DNA from: Eremomyces bilateralis CBS 781.70
Lineage: Eukaryota
Reading direction: 5' to 3' (one strand)
Length of the DNA stretch: 40,089 bases
Assembly: GCA_010015585.1 (NCBI GenBank)
Contig: ML975155.1
In this document: positions 33,192-40,089 of the stretch, in pieces
Layout of the letters: every line of letters begins with the position of its first letter
Numbering within the stretch: position 1 is the first letter of the stretch
Position numbers and translations under genes: made by a program
The notes under the pieces: generated by a model
What the model saw: the letters and a program-made list of their open reading frames with translations, nothing else
Told to the model about the DNA's origin: nothing
The model's database searches: none

Positions 33192-34750
33192 TCAAACTGG
33201 TCTAGACGATAGATTTCTTCGCTTTCCGCAGGCTATTCCACTGAAGTTTGAAATTCTGGTCCAATTCTCCAGCCATAACCACCAAGATAAAAGGACGAGC
33301 AGAGTGGAAGGGATTACCACCGCCCAGTATATCCAGAACTGGTTAGAGGTCTTCCACTTATCCTCACCAAAAGAGAAAAATGTAGTGCTAAACACTGTCT
33401 ATAAAAAGTTAGCCTGTCCGAGTAGAAGCCTAGGACGTGCGAAAAGTTAAAGCACCTACCGAGACGAACGTCGCCGGGAGAAATGCCATGGTTAAGAATG
33501 CGATTGATTTAATTACCACACTATCTTGACTGGCAATCATATTGTATGCCTACTTGGTTAGCTAGCTCATGTTGCAGCAAACCAAGGAACAAGCATCATG
33601 CGAACCTACCACATTGACTTCAGCATTAAGTCTTTCTTGAGTAGATAATGAGCGCCATTTGAGGCTCTTCATCATCTGAAGTTGGAAGCTCAAACGCTCT
33701 CGCGCCTGTACCAAATATCCATTTCCAAGCTCTGTGGGGAGCGTTTGATGAAGAGCCTCCTGACGTTGCAGCAAGCTTTCGATGGCTTCGATTGCGACTG
33801 ATTCGGTTTCCACGACATGGCTTGTATGCCTGGAAATCTCGTGCATCGTCATGAAGTCTGGCCGGCGCTTTAGTCTATTCTTTGAAAACATTAGTCTATG
33901 ATCAACTGCACAATGCAACCAAAGTACCTCTTCGATCGCCCGCACCGCGTCTCGCGCTCGCCAAGTGCTCTCGTCATATAGTTGGATGATTTCGTTGAGG
34001 AGGGGGTCGAGCATTGCCAAAGGATCCCCAAGATTGAGTGGTCGCGGCTTGTTGAGGACTGCTTGGAGACGCTCGCGTAGCGTATCTGGTGTGCCGATGC
34101 AGAGCACTCTGCAACGATGTGGGTGATACCAATATGTGAAGCATGTCATTTCATACCACAAGTAAGGATTCCCATCAGGGACCCTCTCTTCCTCGGGTTT
34201 TAAAACCTTTTTTACCAAGCATTGAAACCAAATCCCTACATCACGAAGGCGTAAATGGATTGCCGCGTTTAAGCAGATTCGACTGCAGATCAGGAGAACG
34301 TACTAAGGTCTACCAGTTTCCCGTTATCGTCAAGTGCGCTCTTAGAGCCCAAGTAACCGTTGAGATCGGTACATAGCTGGTTGGAGAGAAAGTCCGGCAC
34401 GTTAAAAGGCGCCAGCATCCTTTGCCGGTCGTTTTCGGTGCACCGCCTCTTGTATAAATCCTTGTCTTCAAGGAAACTAGAGAAATATATTCAGCCAAAA
34501 CTTCACGATTAATATTCTCTCGTCCTACATATAACATATTTCAGGGAGATCAGGATTCTATATCACTGTTAGTCATATACTAGGCAAGGCTGCATGTGGC
34601 ACCGACATCAAGAAGGTCGATCCGACTCAAACTCCACGCATTTCCGACTGCCAGTCCGACATAAGTGGACTGTCACCGCTCTGGTCCTCTGAACTTACTG
34701 AGGGCTAAAGCCATTGCGAAAGCGTGCACCACGGGAGGTTTCGATGCCAT
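33192..34750 (-). CDS. Fungal CorA-like membrane protein (two C-terminal transmembrane helices), multi-exon
   Basis: Coiled region then QDSVVIKSIAFLTMAFLPATFVS / VFSTTFFSF..FWIYWAVVIPSTLLVL, typical of fungal CorA-like proteins. Several GT-AG introns; the 5' exons and start at 34750 are tentative. Confidence 0.7.
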
Positions 34751-35437
34751 TCTTCACCGATTTTCGCTGTTGTGTGAGAAAAGCCGACACGGTTAGGTGG
34801 TTTCCAGAAATGGTTCCAAAGCTCGGGGTAATTAAGAATGACAGTGCTTCTCAATGTCTATGTAGACCTAGAGGCAAGAACGTGAGAGGAAAAGCATAAG
34901 TCGTGTTAAAGTGTTGGATAAGGCTGTCGACAGGGAGTGGGCCGTGGACTCACCAGGGCAAGTCGAGCGATATCATGTTTTCCAGTGCTTCTTTCTCCAT
35001 CCAATGAGACGTTCAGCGAGCCTCGGGACTCGTTCAACGTGGCTTGCATAGATTCATGGGCACATGCAGGAGGAGAGCGCGTTTAGTTTTGGATGACTGG
35101 ATGAAGCGTTGTAGGGTTGTGGATGGCCAGTGATTTGAACCGTCCTACCGCCGCGAACCAACAAAATGGGCCCATTTTCGGCTCCACGCTTGAAACGATG
35201 TCCAAGGCCTGCAGCCAAAAATAGGTTCGATGGTTTTAATCGTGCCTTCGACCAGTTTCTTGCATGCTACGGAGAGCGCTCGAGATTACGATGATTCTAT
35301 TAAGAAATAATATCGCTTAACCTGGATGAGTCGTAGTGCCGCGTCTGGTTCTATAGAGAGTCTATGAGCGGCCGCGTGTTCTCTAGAATTATTGCCTAGC
35401 GCCTCTCGCTCGTTCCTCTCCCATCACTATCGTCGAA

Positions 35438-37120
35438 ATGGATCGAGCCAGTGAGGTGCTGGATGAAGGGCTTTACCCAGATGCACCTAAAACATACGCT
35501 GCCCTAGCAGGATGGGGCAACGTCCCTCGCTCTACCTTGTGGCATCGTGCACACGGACGGCGGTCGAAAGAAGAGAAGGCCCAAAGCCAACAGTACCTCA
35601 CCCCATCGGAAGAGAAAGCCCTCGTAAAGTATCTGTTACGAATGTCGAGGAATGGATATCCTATTCCGGTTAAGTATCTAGGCTCGCTAGCATATATCAT
35701 GGCGCGTCGGCGCTCCTCCGCCGTTCAGCCTTCGGGAACGGACGAAGCAACCGACCCTCCCGGCAAGAACTGGCCTCAGGCCTTCCAGAGACGCCATCCC
35801 GAGCTCAAAGCGAAAAGGGTCAAGGCACTAGATTGGAATCGACACGATCATAATATCTACGATAAGATCATACACTGGTTCGAGGTGATCGGGAAGGAAC
35901 TACATGACCCGGTCATTATGCCGGAGAATGTCTATAATATGGACGAGACGGGAGTTATGTTAAGTATGCTCCGCTCTCTCAAAGTCCTGGTAGGTAAAGA
36001 TGACCTGCGAGATTATAGAGGCACGGGAGTCAAGCGAACGGTAGTAACTGCGATCGAGTGTATATCCGCAGACGGTAGGTCTCTTCTCCCAATGGTCATC
36101 TGGCCAGCTACAACCCACCGAAGCAACTGGACCACGTACCCCACCCCTGGATGGCATTATGCATGCTCCGAATCTGGCTACACCGATTCCAAGATCAGCC
36201 TGGAGTGGCTTAAACGTGTGTTCGACCCCCAAACCAAAGCACAAGTTCATCAGAAACCACGGATTCTGATTTGCGACGGCTTCGGGACGCACGAGACCCT
36301 TGAAATCTTGGAGTACTGCCTTGAAAATAACATCATCTTATGTCGTATCCCCTCTCACACCTCCCACAAGCTCCAACCCTGTGACGTCGGAGTGTTTGGC
36401 CCACTGAAGACCGCCTATCGGGATCAGGCTGAACGCCTGTATCGAGGAGGAGCAAATACAGTCGGCAAGGAGCATTTCACGTCTCTCTACGGCCCTGCGC
36501 GGGAAAAAGCGCTCACTTCTCGCAACATTAAAGCAGGGTGGATCAAGGCCGGGCTGTATCCATTCAGCCCGGAGAGGGTGCTAAAGGATATCCAGAAGCC
36601 GCTCGCCGAACTAACTGTTCCGAAAGCCGATAAGGAGAAGGCGGGATTATATCCGCAAGGCGATGTACTCGAGACGCCAGTAACAGTAGAGGCTCTAAGT
36701 TCGTTGCGTAGCCGGATCGAACAGGATGCTCATATGCTTGACGGTCCGGGCAAACAACGCCTTCAGAAGCTGGCAAACGCCGCCCAAGTATCGTTTGCTG
36801 AATGTGCCCTTCTTCTCGATGGAAATCAACTTTTGTTTCAACAGAACAATGAAGCTAGACGTCGCCGATCGACCAAATCCACGGTAGTAGGGAAGGCGAA
36901 AGTGATGAGCTATGACATTGAGGAAGCGCGAGGGAAGCGTGCTGCGAAAGAAGCTGCGAAAGAGGTTACGGCGGCTTCAGGAAAACGTGGCCGGAAGCGA
37001 AAAGGCCCTGCGCCAGCGAGAGCGAAGGCTAAAAGGACACGGAGGAACGAAGCAGAGATTGCGGAGGATGAGATTGCCGCAGCAGGCTTAGAGAATTACT
37101 GCTCTGTTCTCCAACTTTGA
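35438..37120 (+). CDS. pogo/Fot1-family transposase (HTH + CENP-B-like + DDE_1, DD35D), intact 560 aa
   Basis: VPRSTLWHR, QYLTPSEE, PGKNW, VYNMDETG, LICDGFGTH and HTSHKLQPCDVGVFGPLK with 35 residues between D2 and D3; basic C-terminal NLS-like tract. Confidence 0.93.
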   Translation: MDRASEVLDEGLYPDAPKTYAALAGWGNVPRSTLWHRAHGRRSKEEKAQSQQYLTPSEEKALVKYLLRMSRNGYPIPVKYLGSLAYIMARRRSSAVQPSGTDEATDPPGKNWPQAFQRRHPELKAKRVKALDWNRHDHNIYDKIIHWFEVIGKELHDPVIMPENVYNMDETGVMLSMLRSLKVLVGKDDLRDYRGTGVKRTVVTAIECISADGRSLLPMVIWPATTHRSNWTTYPTPGWHYACSESGYTDSKISLEWLKRVFDPQTKAQVHQKPRILICDGFGTHETLEILEYCLENNIILCRIPSHTSHKLQPCDVGVFGPLKTAYRDQAERLYRGGANTVGKEHFTSLYGPAREKALTSRNIKAGWIKAGLYPFSPERVLKDIQKPLAELTVPKADKEKAGLYPQGDVLETPVTVEALSSLRSRIEQDAHMLDGPGKQRLQKLANAAQVSFAECALLLDGNQLLFQQNNEARRRRSTKSTVVGKAKVMSYDIEEARGKRAAKEAAKEVTAASGKRGRKRKGPAPARAKAKRTRRNEAEIAEDEIAAAGLENYCSVLQL

Positions 37121-37642
37121 TACAGATCCGACTTAATGTAGGAAACGCCAAGTGTCTTCGAGACCCGTTACTATATAGTAGGGGGTTGGTTTTCGTCGTG
37201 TATTCGGCGCCATGTTACAGGAACTCCATTCAAATATGACCATCTGAAAGGAAACGATCCAATACCCTTGGTCCGAGCGCTTGGATGACGAGAATTGTCA
37301 ATTGATGAGTGTAGAAGTGATTGGCGAGAGCCAATTCTGACCAGAACGCATTGTCACTTGCGATTCGACGCCACGCATCAGCAGCAGCCGTATTTCTGTC
37401 CGACCGACCAGCCAGATGCGTGTATAAACGCCCGGCCAAGGCGCAAAACGCGAGGCTAAGGTCGCAGAGAACAAGCTGTGGGCTGACCGGAACGAAGCGC
37501 AGCCTTGTAACAAAGGTTATAATGGCGGCCTTTCTTCGCCGGTATGCCCATAGTTATCATTCTTCAAGTCAAGCTAGTGTTTATCCTTCATTAAGTGAAG
37601 CCCAGAGGCATTGTTCGATATTTTGACTGATGCTCGAGCAAG

Positions 37643-40089
37643 ATGGCACCCCGGCTCCGACATAACGATTACACGGTGGGCTGGGTCTGTGCCTTGCCGG
37701 ACGAGCTCACCGCAGCGCAGGAGATGCTGGACGAAGAGCACCACGACCTCCCTCCGAGCGGCAACGATACGAATATATACTGTCTAGGCCGCATTAGCGA
37801 GCATAATGTCGCTCTTGCCTGCCTGCCTGCGGGTTTCATAGGCGTCGCCTCCGCCACGGCCGTTGCTATGCAAATGAAGTCTACTTTCCCCGCCATTCGG
37901 TTTGGACTCATGGTGGGGATCGGAGGCGGCGTTCCAGGCAAAGACGCTGATATCCGTCTCGGGGATGTTGTTGTTAGCCAACCAGGGAAGGGTCATGGTG
38001 GGGTGATCCAATACGACTTTGGAAAATCGACGCCTAGCGGATTCGAGCGGACGGGGTTCCTTAACGCGCCACCCCTAGTACTTCTTAATGCGGTCACGAA
38101 GCTTCGATCCAACCAACGCCGAGGAAGAAACCGTCTCTCGCTACATCTATCGAAGCTTAGCGACCTCCCCGATTTCTCCCGCGATAAAGCAGAAAGTGAT
38201 ATGCTGTTCGAAGTGGGGTATAATCACGTTGGAGAAGATAGCTGCGTATCATGCGTACCGACAAGACAAATACAAAGGGAGGATCGGGCAAACAGCACGC
38301 CTATGGTCCACTACGGCACGATCGCATCAGGCAACCAGGTGATGAGGGATGGGACTATAAGAGACCAGATCAGCTCGGAGTTCGGAAGAGTGCTCTGTTT
38401 CGAGATGGAGGCGGCGGGCCTAATGAACAACTTCCCCTGTCTAGTGATCCGCGGCATCTGCGACTACTCCGACTCGCATAAGAATAAGAGGTGGCAACCA
38501 TACGCTGCAGGAACGGCGGCAGCGTACGCGAAGGAGCTGCTTTTGATTATTCCTGCGGCGGAAGTGGCGAAGACGCAGACGATTGATGAAGTAACGCGAG
38601 GTTAGTATCGCCATCGAGTTTATATAAGGCAATTGAACTTATTTGCTATAGAGTATCTTCCTTTCTCACGAAATCGAAAGTTTGTTGGCCGAGACACCGA
38701 CCTTGATGCGTTAAAAAACAAGCTCTTCATAAGCAAAGAATGCCAGAAGATGGCCCTTGTTGGCCTCGGTGGTGTCGGCAAAACACAGATCGCGCTCCAA
38801 TTCGCGTACTGGGTTAGAGAAAATCATCCAGATTTCTCTATCTTCTGGTTACCGGCGCTGAGCATGGAGACGTTTGAGCAGGGGTGCACGGAGATAGCAA
38901 GAGCGCTAAGGATACGTCAGTCGGAAGACGGCAAAGAAGATGTCCGGAAGCTAGTGCAGCAACGGCTCAGCGCGAAGACCAAAGGCAAGGGCAAGTGGTT
39001 GCTAATTGTCGATAATGCCGACGACATGGACCTCCTCCGCGGCGTAGAGGAAGAGGAAGGCTTATTGGACCTTTTGCCCCAGAACGACAACGGTCTAACT
39101 TTGTTTACCACCCGGCACAACGAAGTTGCGCAGTTAGTGGCCGGTAGCGATATGGTTGAAGTCGAAAAGATGGAAAAGGAGGAGGCAATGAACTTGCTGA
39201 AGAAATCCTTAACCTTAAAGCGCCTGCCCAACGACGATGGGCTTATGACGGACCTTCTCGTTGAACTAGACTATCTCCCCCTAGCTATTACCCAAGCGGC
39301 AGCATACATCAACACAAACAGAAGCTCCATCTCTGAGTATCACCGGTTACTTAAGAGCTCAGAGCAGGACGCCATCGCGATGATGAGTACTGAATCCCCC
39401 GACAACACACGATACAAAAAGTCGGTGAACGCTGTAGCAAAGACTTGGATAATCAGTTTTAATCAGATTCTTAAGCATGATATAGTGGCAGCAGACCTTC
39501 TTGCCTTTATCTCGTGTATCGAATGGAAGGCGATCCCATACTCAATTCTACCTGCTGTTCAGCCCGAAGTACGGATGGCGAGTGCCATCGGCACGCTTTA
39601 TTCATACTCGTTCCTGGAACGAAGAGAGGACGGTAAGATGCTTGATATGCATAGGCTTGTCCATTTATCAACGAGAATATGGATCAGTCAGAGGGGCCGT
39701 GAAGGAGAAACAAGTAAGGCGGTACTGAAACGCCTCTCGGAAGTTTTTCCGTGTGACGATTACACGCATCGTGAGATCTGGAGACAATATCTGCCGCATG
39801 CGGCGCGTATAGGGCAAATCGAGCAATGCCAAGATACCGAGGAGAAGAGCGAGCTCTGTCTGAAGGTAGGGCGATGCCTATACGTTGATGGGAGGATAAA
39901 GGAAACTGTCGTCTGGCTACGGGAGTCTTGCGAGTGGAGGGATAGAAATCTTGCTGAAGATGACGCAGATCGATTGGCGTCGCAGCATGCGCTTGCCGGA
40001 GCATATCAAGCAAACGGACAGGTTAAGGAGGCGGTCGATCTACTGGAGCGTGTTGTCGCGATACGAGCGGAAGTGCTCGCAGAAGACCA
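37643..40089 (+). CDS. Fungal NLR-like protein: PNP_UDP (nucleoside phosphorylase) - NB-ARC - TPR; 3' end outside window
   Basis: Exon 1 has YTVGWVCAL, GLMVGIGGGVP, DIRLGDVVVS, HYGTIASG, CFEMEAAGLMN and IRGICDYSDSHKNKRWQ. After intron 38601-38651, exon 2 has FVGR, P-loop GLGGVGKT (38762-38785), WLLIVDNADD, TTR, YLPLAITQAAAYI, MHRLVH and TPR RLASQHALAGAYQANGQVKEAV; open to the window end. Confidence 0.93.

Noticed and set aside
37643..38605. Stand-alone nucleoside phosphorylase
   Set aside because: The stop lies inside intron 38601-38651, and splicing fuses the domain in frame to NB-ARC-TPR.
12701..40089. An intact Starship element
   Set aside because: No DUF3435 tyrosine-recombinase captain or defined boundaries are visible; only cargo-like gene types are present, and the core gene HOS3 lies in the middle.

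Overview
Eukaryotic DNA from a filamentous ascomycete (Pezizomycotina-type genes with short GT-AG introns and CTAAC/CTGAC branch points). The first ~12.7 kb is a housekeeping block: THO2 (5'-truncated), CBF5/dyskerin, a GDP-mannose transporter and an 8-intron queuine tRNA-ribosyltransferase whose catalytic DSGG motif lies on a 10-nt micro-exon. From 12.7 kb onward the window is TE-rich. It holds two complete Tc1-type DD34E transposons, a MITE whose ends resemble one of them, a Gypsy pol relic between two different LTR-like sequences, a hAT-like end, two near-identical solo LTRs bracketing a HOS3-type histone deacetylase, and chromodomain and NLR relics. Other genes there are a secreted Gly-rich alpha/beta hydrolase, a Myb/SANT pseudogene, an intron-containing tRNA-Gln(TTG), AsaB/CmcJ-like and CorA-like genes, and an intact pogo/Fot1 DD35D transposase directly followed by a PNP_UDP-NB-ARC-TPR NLR gene that runs off the window. 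The most intriguing hypothesis is that this pogo element carries the NLR as cargo. All gene models and alignments were made by eye; no database search was run.
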